Part shown: one piece after another, positions 45,537 to 55,191 of the stretch
How positions within the stretch are numbered: the first letter of the stretch is position 1
Layout: every line of letters starts with the position of its first letter
Assembly: GCA_963782595.1 (NCBI GenBank)
Contig: CAWAKJ010000003.1
Location: 707,789 to 771,788, forward strand
From: Vicinamibacterales bacterium
Lineage (GTDB): Bacteria; Acidobacteriota; Vicinamibacteria; Vicinamibacterales; JAMQPK01
DNA length: 64,000 nt
Direction: 5' to 3'
The notes under the pieces: generated by a model
The model's input: the letters and a program-made list of their open reading frames with translations, nothing else
Told to the model about the DNA's origin: nothing
Databases searched by the model: none
Translations under genes and position numbers: made by a program

Positions 45537-46678
45537 AGCGATCCGGTGTCTTCTCGTGGGTGGCCGTCGCGCTGCTTTGCGTCGCGTCCGCCGTCGTGTC
45601 CGCCGTAATGTCCGGCTTTAGCCGGACTCTTCTCGCGCAGCAACCTGCGGCCTGGGCGCAATTCCGCGGAAACCCGCAACTGAGCGGCGTCGCGTCTTCC
45701 ACGCTTCCGGCGTCATTGAAGGTGCTGTGGACGTTCGACGCCGGTGAGGCAATCGAGTCGTCGGCTGCAATCGCCGACGACACGGTCTACGTGGGGTCTG
45801 CAGCGGGAGAGCTCGTGGCGCTGAATCTTCAGAACGGAAGCGTTCGCTGGAGGTACCGCACGGGCGAGATCGGCGAGTCTTCTCCGGCTGTCGCGAACGG
45901 AGTCGTTTACATCGGCGATCTCACCGGTACGTTTCACGCCGTCGATGCGAAATCCGGAAAAGCGCTGTGGACCTATAAGACGATGGGCGAAATCCGGTCA
46001 TCGCCGGTCGTGGTCGGCGATCGCGTCCTTGTCGGCTCATACGATCGTTTCTTGTACGCGCTCTCGGCCGCGAAGGGCAGCGTGCTCTGGAAGGTCGAGT
46101 TCCAGGGCTATGTGCACGCCACGCCTTCGGTCGTCGACGGCGTGGCTTACATCTCGGGCTGTGACGAGACGTTCCGCGGTATTCGTGTCGCGGACGGACG
46201 CGAGGTGCTGAATGTGCCGATCGGCGCCTACATGGGTGCGTCGGCAGTCGTGACGGGTGGAGCGGCGTACGTCGGCACGTTCGAGAACGAGGTGATTGGC
46301 ATCGATATGAAGGCGCGGAAGGTGATGTGGAGCTATCGGCATCCAGAGCGCTTGTTTCCGTATTACTCGTCGGCAGCCATCAGCCAGGACCGTGTCGTTC
46401 TGGGCGGACGCGACAAGATGGTTCACGCCCTCGACCCCAAAACAGGCAAGGCCCATTGGACGTTCATGACCAATGCGCGTGTCGAGTCGTCTCCGGCCAT
46501 TGTGGGAAACCGCGTTTTTGTCGGTTCGACCGACGGCCGATTGTACGAATTCGACCTCATCAAGGGCTCGAAGCTCTCGGACTTCGACGCGGGCGCCGCG
46601 ATTACCGCGTCGCCGGCCGTATCAAACGGCCGCCTTGTGGTCGGTACACATGACGGCCGTCTGTACTGTCTGGGGTAA
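45524..46678 (+). CDS. PQQ-like beta-propeller repeat protein (BamB-like), secreted
   Basis: Start at MRVLKRSG with signal peptide; repeated 'G.VY.G...G.L.A.D..TG...W' blades. Confidence 0.85.
   Translation: MRVLKRSGVFSWVAVALLCVASAVVSAVMSGFSRTLLAQQPAAWAQFRGNPQLSGVASSTLPASLKVLWTFDAGEAIESSAAIADDTVYVGSAAGELVALNLQNGSVRWRYRTGEIGESSPAVANGVVYIGDLTGTFHAVDAKSGKALWTYKTMGEIRSSPVVVGDRVLVGSYDRFLYALSAAKGSVLWKVEFQGYVHATPSVVDGVAYISGCDETFRGIRVADGREVLNVPIGAYMGASAVVTGGAAYVGTFENEVIGIDMKARKVMWSYRHPERLFPYYSSAAISQDRVVLGGRDKMVHALDPKTGKAHWTFMTNARVESSPAIVGNRVFVGSTDGRLYEFDLIKGSKLSDFDAGAAITASPAVSNGRLVVGTHDGRLYCLG
45610..45627. repeat. REP-like palindrome family B, copy 2 (inside a CDS)
   Basis: GTCCGGCTTTAGCCGGAC encodes ..VMSGFSRT.. 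within the predicted signal peptide region. Confidence 0.65.
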
Positions 46679-46778
46679 TCCACGATACATGCACTGCCAT
46701 ATTCTCAATTGACGATTGCCTTATTGATCGTTCGCCCGATCAATCTGGCAATTGCCAATTGCAAATGTGGCAATGCAT

Positions 46779-47189
46779 TCACGCCCGGCGTGCCGCTGCC
46801 GAGCGCCGGCGTGCGGCACTCTTCGCCTGACGTGAGAGGGCCTTCCGCGACACCATGCTCCGCCCTTCGCGCTTTAATGCCCGTCTCGCGGCGCGCGATC
46901 GACGAGCCGACGGCTTCTTTCTGCCGCGTGCAGCCGCGCGATCGGCGTACCTGGCGCTCTGTCTGGTTCTGGCCTTCGCGCTGCGAGGGGGCGGCGGCAA
47001 CTTCACGCCGGCACGGCGGGCTTTGGATAGCCCGATCGCAATCGCCTGTTTCGTCGATCGTACGCCGTGCTTGCCCTCTCGGACATGTTCGATCTCTTCG
47101 CGCACGAACGGCCCAGCCTGCGTCGTCGGCGCATTGCCGCGTCGTTTGGCCTGTCGTGCACGCTTGATGGTCCTTTGTTCTGGCATCAT
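46779..47189 (-). CDS. highly basic small protein (DUF6496-like), stress-associated
   Basis: 136 aa; KQAIAIGLSKARRAGVK block then an R/K/A-rich tail; ATGA overlap with the upstream small gene. Confidence 0.6.
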   Translation of the reverse strand: MMPEQRTIKRARQAKRRGNAPTTQAGPFVREEIEHVREGKHGVRSTKQAIAIGLSKARRAGVKLPPPPRSAKARTRQSARYADRAAARGRKKPSARRSRAARRALKREGRSMVSRKALSRQAKSAARRRSAAARRA

Positions 47190-47338
47190 GCCCTCCGTTT
47201 GAAGAACTGAACGGCGTGCTCGTGCTTCTCGGCGGCGGCTCGCGACCGGAACGTTCCCAGATTTCTCCGCTTGCCGGTTCTTGGATCGGCCTTGCGCGAG
47301 TACAGACGGTACGCGCCCGATTGCAGTTTGCGAATCAT
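47186..47338 (-). CDS. small conserved basic protein, unknown function
   Basis: Start set at MIRKLQSGAYRLYSRK...RNLGTF...AEKHE..VQFFK; the longer ORF start would run into the REP palindrome. Confidence 0.55.
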   Translation of the reverse strand: MIRKLQSGAYRLYSRKADPRTGKRRNLGTFRSRAAAEKHEHAVQFFKRRA

Positions 47339-47345
47339 TGAATCC

Positions 47346-47380
47346 GTAGGGCGGGTCTTGCAGTTCAAGACCCGCCCTGC
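47346..47380. repeat. REP-like palindrome family A, copy 4
   Basis: GTAGGGCGGGTCTTGCAGTTCAAGACCCGCCCTGC, 13 nt past the hsp20 stop. Confidence 0.8.
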
Positions 47381-47392
47381 ATCGGAATCGGG

Positions 47393-47959
47393 TTACGCTC
47401 CCGAAATTTCGAGTTTGCGCTTCCGCGATACCTCTCGCGGCGGCGCCTGGATCGTCACTTCGAGCACGCCGTTGTCGAAGTTCGCCTTCGCGCTCTCGGT
47501 GATAGCGCCTTCGGGGAGCGGCACGACCCGGTAGAAGTGCCCGTAGGTGCGCTCGCTGCGATAGTACCCCCCGCGATCTTCCTCCTGCTCTTCCCGGCGC
47601 TCGCCTTCGATGGTCAACGAGTCGTCAGTCAGCTCGATGTCGACATCTTCCTTCTTCATGCCGGGAAGATCCGCGCGCACGATGAACCGATCGCCTCGTT
47701 GGAAGGTCTCGATCTGCGGCGTCCAGAGCGCCTGAACATCCGTCGCGCTGCGCCGTGGCTCTCGCTGGAGCAGGTTGAACGGATCGTGCCAGAAGCTGCC
47801 GAACGGATCGCGCCAGAGCGCGGCGAGTGGATCGCGCCAATTCAGCTCGTTGCGTCCACGGCCCGACTGCAGACCACGCTCGGTGTCCGTCTGCGGAGTC
47901 CGCTGATCTCGATCTTTGCGGTCCTGTGGTGCCATGGGGCCCTCACTTTCCGTGGTCAT
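47393..47959 (-). CDS. Hsp20/alpha-crystallin family small heat-shock protein
   Basis: Alpha-crystallin domain (PQIETFQRGDRFIVRADLPGMKKEDVDIELTDDSLTIEGER...F.R...LPEG...A.F.NGVLEV). Confidence 0.92.
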   Translation of the reverse strand: MTTESEGPMAPQDRKDRDQRTPQTDTERGLQSGRGRNELNWRDPLAALWRDPFGSFWHDPFNLLQREPRRSATDVQALWTPQIETFQRGDRFIVRADLPGMKKEDVDIELTDDSLTIEGERREEQEEDRGGYYRSERTYGHFYRVVPLPEGAITESAKANFDNGVLEVTIQAPPREVSRKRKLEISGA

Positions 47960-48134
47960 CGGTGCATGGGTCAGTTTTTGCGAACTGCCCCAAGACTAAA
48001 ACAGCAAAGGCGAGGCCATCGAGACGGCCAATGTTGAGGCGGCGATTGAACGGCGACGTGTCACGTGGTGTACACGGTGAACGAAGGCCGGACCCGGCAC
48101 ATCGTTTGAAAGAGTCAATCTCCAGGCAGCATCC

Positions 48135-48704
48135 ATGAAGAAGGGAGCAGACACACACATGGCCAACACAGGCAAGCCGTCACCCTCACGCCGCGCCGTT
48201 GCCGCCGCGACGGAGGAGCTCACCAAGGAGAACAGACTCGACAGTCCCGTGGTGCAGGACCTTCGCCGGCAAACAGCCAATGCGTTCATGTTGTACGCAA
48301 ACTACAAGCACTATCACTGGCAGACCTACGGGCCACATTTCCGCGAATTCCACAAGCTGTTCGACAAATTTGCCGAAGAGGTGCTCGAAACCCTCGATCC
48401 GCTGGCCGAACGGGTGCGCATGATCGGACCCGATCCGCCCGCCCATCCGCTCGAGATCAACGATCTCGCCAGCGTGTCGCCTGCCGCGCCCGGTTCGACG
48501 ATGTTGGAGATGGCGGAGGAAGCGAATCGAAACACCCTCATCGTCATCAAGGAGATGCGGCACGCCGCTCGAGTCGCCGACGATCACGACGACCCGGGGA
48601 CGGTCGATGTGTTCTCGAGGATCGTGCAGGTTCACGAAAAGCACGAGTGGTGGCTGCGCGACATCCTCCGCAAGGGCGACGGGTTTCACATGAGCGATGT
48701 GTGA
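48135..48704 (+). CDS. dps: Dps family DNA-protection / ferritin-like protein
   Basis: YKHYHWQTYGPHFREFHKLFDKFAEE..D..AERV ferroxidase-centre pattern; alternative start at MANTG (48159). Confidence 0.9.
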   Translation: MKKGADTHMANTGKPSPSRRAVAAATEELTKENRLDSPVVQDLRRQTANAFMLYANYKHYHWQTYGPHFREFHKLFDKFAEEVLETLDPLAERVRMIGPDPPAHPLEINDLASVSPAAPGSTMLEMAEEANRNTLIVIKEMRHAARVADDHDDPGTVDVFSRIVQVHEKHEWWLRDILRKGDGFHMSDV

Positions 48705-49750
48705 TGAGGATCGCTCAGGTCGCTCCGCTCGCTGAAAGCGTACCCCCGAAGCTGTACGGCGGGACCGAACGCGTGGTCGCCTATCTCTGCGACGAGCTCG
48801 TCCGCCAGGGCCATGCGGTGTCGCTGTTTGCCTCCGGCGACTCGCACACGGGCGCCAGCCTATGGCCTCTCTGCGACGAGGGATTGCGTCTCAACGGTCA
48901 GGGCAGGGACTCGCTGGCGCTGCACCTGCTGATGATCGAACAGATTGCCAGGCGGGCGAACGAGTTCGATGTCGTCCACTTTCATGTGGCGCCGCTGCAT
49001 TTCCCGATGGCGCGGCGTCTCGGCGTCCCGCATGTCACGACGCTGCATGGACGATTGGACCTGCCCGATCTCGTCTCGCTCTATAGCGAGTTTTCCGACA
49101 TCCCGGTGGTATCGATTTCAGACGCTCAACGCGTGCCGATTCCCGATGCGAACTGGATAGGAACGGTGCATCACGGCCTGCCCGCATGCGAGCTGCGATT
49201 TCGCGCAGAGGATGCCGGGTACTTCGCGTTTCTCGGGCGGATTTCGCCCGAGAAGCGCGTCGATCGTGCGATTGCGATCGCCAAGGGCTGCGGGTACCCG
49301 CTGCGCATCGCTGCCAAAGTCGATCCGATCGACGAGGAGTACTTTGCGTCGGCGATCAAGCCGCTGCTCGATCATCCGCTCATTACGTTTGTCGGAGAGA
49401 TTTCGCATGCCGAGAAGGGCGACTTTCTCGGCGGCGCCAAAGCCCTGTTGTTTCCCATCGACTGGCCGGAGCCGTTTGGCCTCGTCATGATCGAGGCGCT
49501 GGCCTGCGGTACTCCGGTGGTCGCGTTTCGCGGGGGTTCGGTAGACGAGGTGATCGAGAGCGGCACGACAGGATTCATCGTCGACGATCTGGAGCAGGCC
49601 ATTGCCGCCGCCCTCAGGATTGACACGATTGACCGGAGAGTGTGCCGGCAGTCGTTCGAGCGGCGTTTTGCGGTTGAGCGTATGGCAACTGACTATCTGC
49701 AGCTCTATCGGACTCTTCAGGCTCGCCAACGAAGCGAGCTTGTCAGCTGA
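48704..49750 (+). CDS. glycosyltransferase family 4
   Basis: Start at MRIAQVAPL...YGGTERVV; C-terminal E-x7-E region (PIDWPEPFGLVMIEALACGTPVVA). Confidence 0.88.
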   Translation: MRIAQVAPLAESVPPKLYGGTERVVAYLCDELVRQGHAVSLFASGDSHTGASLWPLCDEGLRLNGQGRDSLALHLLMIEQIARRANEFDVVHFHVAPLHFPMARRLGVPHVTTLHGRLDLPDLVSLYSEFSDIPVVSISDAQRVPIPDANWIGTVHHGLPACELRFRAEDAGYFAFLGRISPEKRVDRAIAIAKGCGYPLRIAAKVDPIDEEYFASAIKPLLDHPLITFVGEISHAEKGDFLGGAKALLFPIDWPEPFGLVMIEALACGTPVVAFRGGSVDEVIESGTTGFIVDDLEQAIAAALRIDTIDRRVCRQSFERRFAVERMATDYLQLYRTLQARQRSELVS

Positions 49751-49760
49751 CGTGACACCC

Positions 49761-51921
49761 ATGGAAGAGACGCCCACCCTGAATCAAGAGTTTGCGGTTA
49801 TCACCGAGGCCGAGCCGATTGGCGCGCCGATGCGCGTGCTGAAACAGGGCGACAGCTTTGGGGTCTTCGACCAGTGCGGCGACATCACGGCGGCGGAGAA
49901 CAGCGAGGCAGGCCTGTACCTACGATGGGACGCGATTCCTGTCGAGGTTCGAGCTCTCACTGTTTCACCGCCGGCCACTGCTCCTGAGCTCGACCATCAG
50001 CCGGGACAACGCGGTCTTCGTTGCCGATCTGACCAACCCCGACCTCCGGAGCGGCGATCGAGTCGCTATCCCGCGGGGTCAGATTCACCTCGTACGCTCC
50101 CGTGTGCTGTGGAAGGGCCAGTGTGTCGAGCGCATTCGTGTGGCGAACTATTCGCTGCGCCGGTTGGAAGTGCCGATCGCCATCCGTATCGATGCCGATT
50201 TCAAGGACGTGTTCGAAGTCAGAGGCACGCGCCGGCTCGGATGTGGCGAGCGGCTGCCGGATGTGACCAGTCCCGACTACCAGATGCGCTATCGAGGCCT
50301 GGATGGCACCGAGCGGCGAACGCGAATCCGATGGAGCCAGTCGCCTGATACGGTGGCGCCCGGCTATGTCGCATTCGTCATCGGCCTGGAGCCGCGCGCA
50401 TCGGCGGTCCTCGAGTTGATGATCGGGTGCGAGACCGCCTCGGATGTGCGTCCAGTCGTGTCGTTTGAGGAAGTAATGCCCGCAGCAAGGGCCGCTCTCG
50501 CGATGCATCCCGAGGACACCTGCATGGTGCATACCTCGAACGCGACATTCAACCGATGGCTGACCCGTTCGATCGCCGATCTGCAGATGCTGATGACCGA
50601 GACGCCGTTTGGCGTGTACCCCTATGCCGGTATTCCGTGGTACAGCACGCCGTTCGGACGCGACGGCCTCATTACCGCGTTCGAGCTCCTCTGGGTCGCC
50701 CCGCGAGTCGCACGAGGCGTGCTGGCGTTTCTGGCCAACACTCAGGCCACGACGCATGCCGAAGCCGACGAGATGCAGCCCGGGAAGATCATCCACGAGA
50801 TGCGCGGTGGAGAGATGGCGGCGCTTGGCGAAGTACCTTTCGGCCGGTACTACGGGAGCGCAGATGCGACGCCCCTGTTTGTGATGCTGGCCTGGGCGTA
50901 TTACGAAAGGACCGCAGATCGGAGCTTCATCGACAACCTCTGGCCACACATCACGTTGGCTCTCGAATGGATGGAGACGTACGGAGATCTGGACGGCGAT
51001 GGCTTCATCGAATATGCGAGGCACGGCGAAAAAGGGCTGATTCATCAAGGATGGAAGGATTCGTACGATTCCGTGTTTCATGCGGATGGTGAGCTGGCGG
51101 AGGGGCCGGTCGCCATCTGCGAAGTTCAGGCTTATGCGTACGCGGCGTGGATGGCCGGCGCGCGGCTGGCGTCTGTGAGAGGCGATGCTCGTGGCGACCA
51201 ATGGAACAGTCGCGCAGAGCGCCTGCGGACGCGCTTCGAGGCAGCGTTCTGGTGCGAGTCGCTCGGGACGTATGCGCTGGCCCTCGACAAACATAAGCGC
51301 CCTTGTCAGGTGCGCACGTCGAATCCGGGCCACTGTCTTTTTGCCGGCATAGTCCCGGAAGACAAGGCCGAACGCGTGCGCACGACGCTAATGAACGATA
51401 CGTCGTTTGCCGGATGGGGCATACGGACAGTAGCGGCAGGCCAGGCACGCTACAACCCTATGTCGTATCACAACGGCTCAATCTGGCCTCACGACAATGC
51501 CGTCATCGCCGCAGGCTTCTCGCGATACGGGCATACGCGATCTGCCTCGCGACTCCTGGACGCAATGTTCGATCTGAGCGCAGCCGTGGATTTGCACCGG
51601 CTGCCTGAACTGATCTGTGGCTTCGAGCGCAGAGGTGATGAACATCCGACACTGTATCCAGTCGCCTGCGCACCGCAGGCCTGGGCGGCTGGAGCCGTGT
51701 ATCTCCTGTTGGCCGCTGCCCTGGGGCTCGCGATTGATGCGCGATCGAAGCGGCTGTCGTTCTCACGCGCGAAGTTGCCTCGCGACGTCGACTGGATCGA
51801 ACTCTCGAATCTCTCTGTCGGCGACGCGACGCTCGATTTACGGCTCGAAAGTCATCCTCACGACGTCGGGGTTACGGTCCTGCACCGCGCAGGAGACGTG
51901 GAGATCAGTTCGATCAAGTGA
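49761..51921 (+). pseudogene. amylo-alpha-1,6-glucosidase / glycogen-debranching-like gene interrupted by a 1-nt frameshift near 49920
   Basis: N-terminus (MEETPTLNQ...VLKQGDSFGVFDQCGDI...EAGLY) is in the frame of ORF 49602-50348; the continuation (YDGTRFLSRFEL...GIPWYSTPFGRDGLI...QGWKDSYDS) is in the frame of ORF 49858-51921. Removing one C at TAC-C-TAC restores GLYYDGTRFLS. Confidence 0.8.
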
Positions 51922-52447
51922 CGTGTGAGCGGCCGAGGACGCTGCGCTGATCAGTCAGCGCAAAGAATGCCGGCAGATAGGCGAGCGTCCAACTGAAGAA
52001 GTGAACACCGTAATCCCAGCCCTGCGGGTCGAATGGGCGCCAGATTCCCGAGATCAGGTAGAACGCCACGCCCGATCCCACCATCGCGAGCGCTCCGCGC
52101 TTGAGCGTATCGCCCCACGTGGCGTGGAAGCTGAGAATGCGCCCGGCGAGCACAGCAACGGCCAGCCAGACGAAGGCCCAGATCACGGCCATCACCCAAT
52201 ATCCCGTCACGGGCGCGAGCACATAGAAGCTGCCAGCCGCCACGAGCCCGATCAGTGCTCCGTAAATCGCTCCAATTAGGGTTTTGTTCCCGATCGACCC
52301 GAGGAATGCCCCGATGCACAGGAAGAGGATGGTGCCGTGTGCCAGGCCGTACTCGACCCGATGACGCAGATGCAATCCCGCCCAGACGAAATCGCCGAGC
52401 GTCGAGACAGCAGCAATGAGCAGGGAGCCGAAGAGTGCAGTGGGCAT
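51914..52447 (-). CDS. integral membrane protein, unknown function
   Basis: Start at MPTALFGSLLIAAV (1-nt TGATG overlap with the MFS stop); about 6 TM segments. Confidence 0.6.
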   Translation of the reverse strand: MPTALFGSLLIAAVSTLGDFVWAGLHLRHRVEYGLAHGTILFLCIGAFLGSIGNKTLIGAIYGALIGLVAAGSFYVLAPVTGYWVMAVIWAFVWLAVAVLAGRILSFHATWGDTLKRGALAMVGSGVAFYLISGIWRPFDPQGWDYGVHFFSWTLAYLPAFFALTDQRSVLGRSHVT

Positions 52448-53829
52448 CAGTCGGGCATGTTTTCCTTCGATGGTTCCGGCAGCCAGAAACTGGCGATGAA
52501 GCCGACAAGATATACCGAAAAGCCCACCGCGGCAGCGACAAGCGCGACCTTTGTCGGGGCGTACGCCCTGTCGGGAGTGACGGCCAGCGTCGCCGTCAGC
52601 CAGGCGAACGACGTACCGATGAGGCGGCCGCCGATATTGGCCGCAAAGCTTTCGCCCGTGCCTCGCAGGTGAAGCGGGTAGACGCGCGGCAGGTAGTTGC
52701 CCCAGAAACTGAACTGGCCCACGGTGAAGAATCCCGCCAGGAATATCCCGATGTTCAGCCAACTCAAGCTTGTGGTTGCCGCGATCGCGAACGTGATCGG
52801 CAACACGATCAGGCCGGGAATCTGAAACATTCGGATCAGCTTTTGGCGGCTGACGACGACAACTGCGAGATACGCGAGTGCGACGCGTCCGACGAGGCCG
52901 CCGATTTCCTGCACCTTGGTCACGTTGGCCGCAACCTCCTGATTGGCGAGCGCGGCACGCGGCGGCGGCATCCCTTGCGTCATCTGACGCACCTCGGGCA
53001 GGCCTGGAACGATCTGCGGCACCTGTTGGATTGCGCCAAAGGCGGCGCCATACGCACAGGCAAACATGATCGTCGTGACGATGGTCGTGCGCCGCAACGC
53101 GGGCGAGAAAATCGCCGCCAGGCTTGGCCGGCCGAGCGTGCCGGCGGCCTTCTTCTGTTGCCATGACGGCGATTCCGGCAGGAACGGCCGAATCAGAATC
53201 AACGGGATAGCGGGCAGCACGCCCGACATCAGCGTGTAGCGCCATGGTGCGTGAGGATCGGGAAGCGATGACCCGAACATGTTCAGCGACGGCAGGTACG
53301 CGGCGTACGCGACCATCAGGCCGTTTACTGTGGCGACCATGATTCCGCCGAGCGACGAAAATGCCTGGGTGTAGCCGAGCACCTTCTCGCGGCGCATCGG
53401 ATCGGAGAAGAGCTCGGCAAGCCACGCAACGGCGGCCACGAACTCGACGCACACGCCGATGAAGACGAAACACCGGAGCAGCAGCAGCATTTCAATCGAC
53501 GTCGAGAAGCCCGACAGAAACGCCGACACGGCATAGATGAGGATGCTGTAGGTGAGCACGCGCCGCCGGCCGAGTCGGTCGGTGAGGTACCCGCCGAGCA
53601 GGCCGAAGATACCGCCGGCAAACGCCGGTATGTAGAACAGCCGCCCGACCCACATCTGGAACTGCGGCGAGCCGGGTGCGGCGCCGGTCAGTTCGAGCAG
53701 CGCCGGCCGCACGATGAGCGGCAGCATCAGAATTTCGTAGATGTCGAACGCGAAGCCAATGGCCGCGATGGCGCAGATCAGCCATTGCACGGGCGTCAGC
53801 CGTGCAGAGGGGGCGATTTGTGCTGTCAT
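52447..53829 (-). CDS. MFS transporter
   Basis: 460 aa, 12 TM pattern, GYLTDRLGRRRV motif between TM2 and TM3. Confidence 0.9.
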   Translation of the reverse strand: MTAQIAPSARLTPVQWLICAIAAIGFAFDIYEILMLPLIVRPALLELTGAAPGSPQFQMWVGRLFYIPAFAGGIFGLLGGYLTDRLGRRRVLTYSILIYAVSAFLSGFSTSIEMLLLLRCFVFIGVCVEFVAAVAWLAELFSDPMRREKVLGYTQAFSSLGGIMVATVNGLMVAYAAYLPSLNMFGSSLPDPHAPWRYTLMSGVLPAIPLILIRPFLPESPSWQQKKAAGTLGRPSLAAIFSPALRRTTIVTTIMFACAYGAAFGAIQQVPQIVPGLPEVRQMTQGMPPPRAALANQEVAANVTKVQEIGGLVGRVALAYLAVVVVSRQKLIRMFQIPGLIVLPITFAIAATTSLSWLNIGIFLAGFFTVGQFSFWGNYLPRVYPLHLRGTGESFAANIGGRLIGTSFAWLTATLAVTPDRAYAPTKVALVAAAVGFSVYLVGFIASFWLPEPSKENMPD

Positions 53830-53846
53830 GTGGGTCGGATCATAAC

Positions 53847-53909
53847 GTAGGTGGTCGATGGGCGATGGTCGGTGGGCTATGGGCGATGGTCATGGTCGAT
53901 GGGCGACGG
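53847..53909. repeat. heptamer array GATGGKC x about 9
   Basis: GTAGGTGGTCGATGGGCGATGGTCGGTGGGCTATGGGCGATGGTCATGGTCGATGGGCGACGG. Confidence 0.8.
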
Positions 53910-53912
53910 ACC

Positions 53913-54404
53913 TCAATACCTGAGCCGCACAACGAGCGCAGGCGACCCTTTTTGCGGGATCACCACAAACAGGTTGTCGTACTCCGTATCGCCGATCGTG
54001 ACCGGAGCGGCGACGCCGAGTCGCTGCAGGATCTGAGGAACCGTGTTCGAATGCCCGACGACGAGCACGCGGTCCTGCAGCGTCGCGGTATTCAGCTTGC
54101 TGAACAGCGCGTCGAGATCGCTGACCGGCAGTTCCGTCGGCGTCAGTTGTAATGCCGCGGCAAGGGGCGCGGCGGTCTGAACCGTCCGACGCAGGTTGGT
54201 CGTATAGATCTGAGTAATGCCGGCGTCTTTGAGGAGCACGCCAAGGCGCGCAGCCCGGGCCTCTCCAACGCCAGATAAGAGTGAGTCCGCAGAGGCGTCC
54301 GCACGTTCCGCATGACGCACGACGAACACGGTACCTTGCGCGGCGGCAATGGTGGGAGCCGCGACCAACAAGAGCGCAAACGCACCGGCAAAGAAACCCT
54401 TCAT
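53913..54404 (-). CDS. histidine phosphatase (phosphoglycerate mutase-like) family protein, secreted
   Basis: Start at MKGFFAG (signal peptide); RHAE catalytic motif (VFVVRHAERA) and VVGHSNT. Confidence 0.85.
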   Translation of the reverse strand: MKGFFAGAFALLLVAAPTIAAAQGTVFVVRHAERADASADSLLSGVGEARAARLGVLLKDAGITQIYTTNLRRTVQTAAPLAAALQLTPTELPVSDLDALFSKLNTATLQDRVLVVGHSNTVPQILQRLGVAAPVTIGDTEYDNLFVVIPQKGSPALVVRLRY

Positions 54405-54406
54405 GT

Positions 54407-55171
54407 TCAGTAGAGCCACACGCGCCCGCCAGATGGTAGCGTGACACCCGACTGCCGAGTGAATTGCTCGATACCGAAGACCCAGCGGCGCTCTGGACGC
54501 ATGAAGTACAGCCTCAGGCTCTCGACTGTGGGTGCGCCATTGGAGCTCGCCTGAGGGTGAGCCCCGAGAATCTGCTGCCAGGCTGGACGCCATAGAGCAG
54601 GGCGAACGTGAATGGGGTCGAAGCCGTACCACGCAGGATCAAGTCGAAAGAACTTGGCACCGCGCGCGGCGGACAACTTGGCAAGCCCGGTGTTCAGGAG
54701 TTCCGCCCTCTCGAGGACTTGAGCCAGCGAGAGTCGACACGACGGCACCAAGATCGAGCGGAATGCCAGAAACTTCAGACTCGATAAGCCGCGGATGCTG
54801 GCGAGGGGCAGATCCGTCAGCACGATATCCTGTGTCACACGACTCAAGCGACCGAGCGCCTCTTCGACCCATCCAAGGGTCTGCTCGGCCGAGAAGCCAT
54901 ACAGGAGGTCATTCCCGACATCGGTAATGAGACCTCGAGTCGCCACCCGAGGGCGCGACTCCAACTCGGACCACAAGCCTGATTCGAGGATTCCAGGCAG
55001 CGTTCGAAAGAGCAATTGGCTGCGGGCGCCATAGGATCGACCGTGGCCGAGCGCAGCCAGGACTTCGACACCAGGGCCCCACGCGGCTCGAGCCGTGGAG
55101 ACGACAGTCTGGAAGCCACGCGTCAAGTTGCTGGCGCCGAGAGCAACCACGCGAGCGACGTCAGCGGACAT
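54407..55171 (-). CDS. divergent SGNH-like hydrolase, unknown function
   Basis: Start at MSADVARVVALGASN; candidate blocks GASN (I), DVGNDL (III), DPIH (V). Confidence 0.5.
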   Translation of the reverse strand: MSADVARVVALGASNLTRGFQTVVSTARAAWGPGVEVLAALGHGRSYGARSQLLFRTLPGILESGLWSELESRPRVATRGLITDVGNDLLYGFSAEQTLGWVEEALGRLSRVTQDIVLTDLPLASIRGLSSLKFLAFRSILVPSCRLSLAQVLERAELLNTGLAKLSAARGAKFFRLDPAWYGFDPIHVRPALWRPAWQQILGAHPQASSNGAPTVESLRLYFMRPERRWVFGIEQFTRQSGVTLPSGGRVWLY

Positions 55172-55191
55172 CGTCGGCCCTTCCAACGCCG

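Noticed and set aside
46746-46763. TGGCAATTGCCAATTGCA, a sigma-54-like sequence in the convergent spacer
   Set aside because: The GG to GC spacing is 12 nt, not 10, and no gene lies downstream on that strand.
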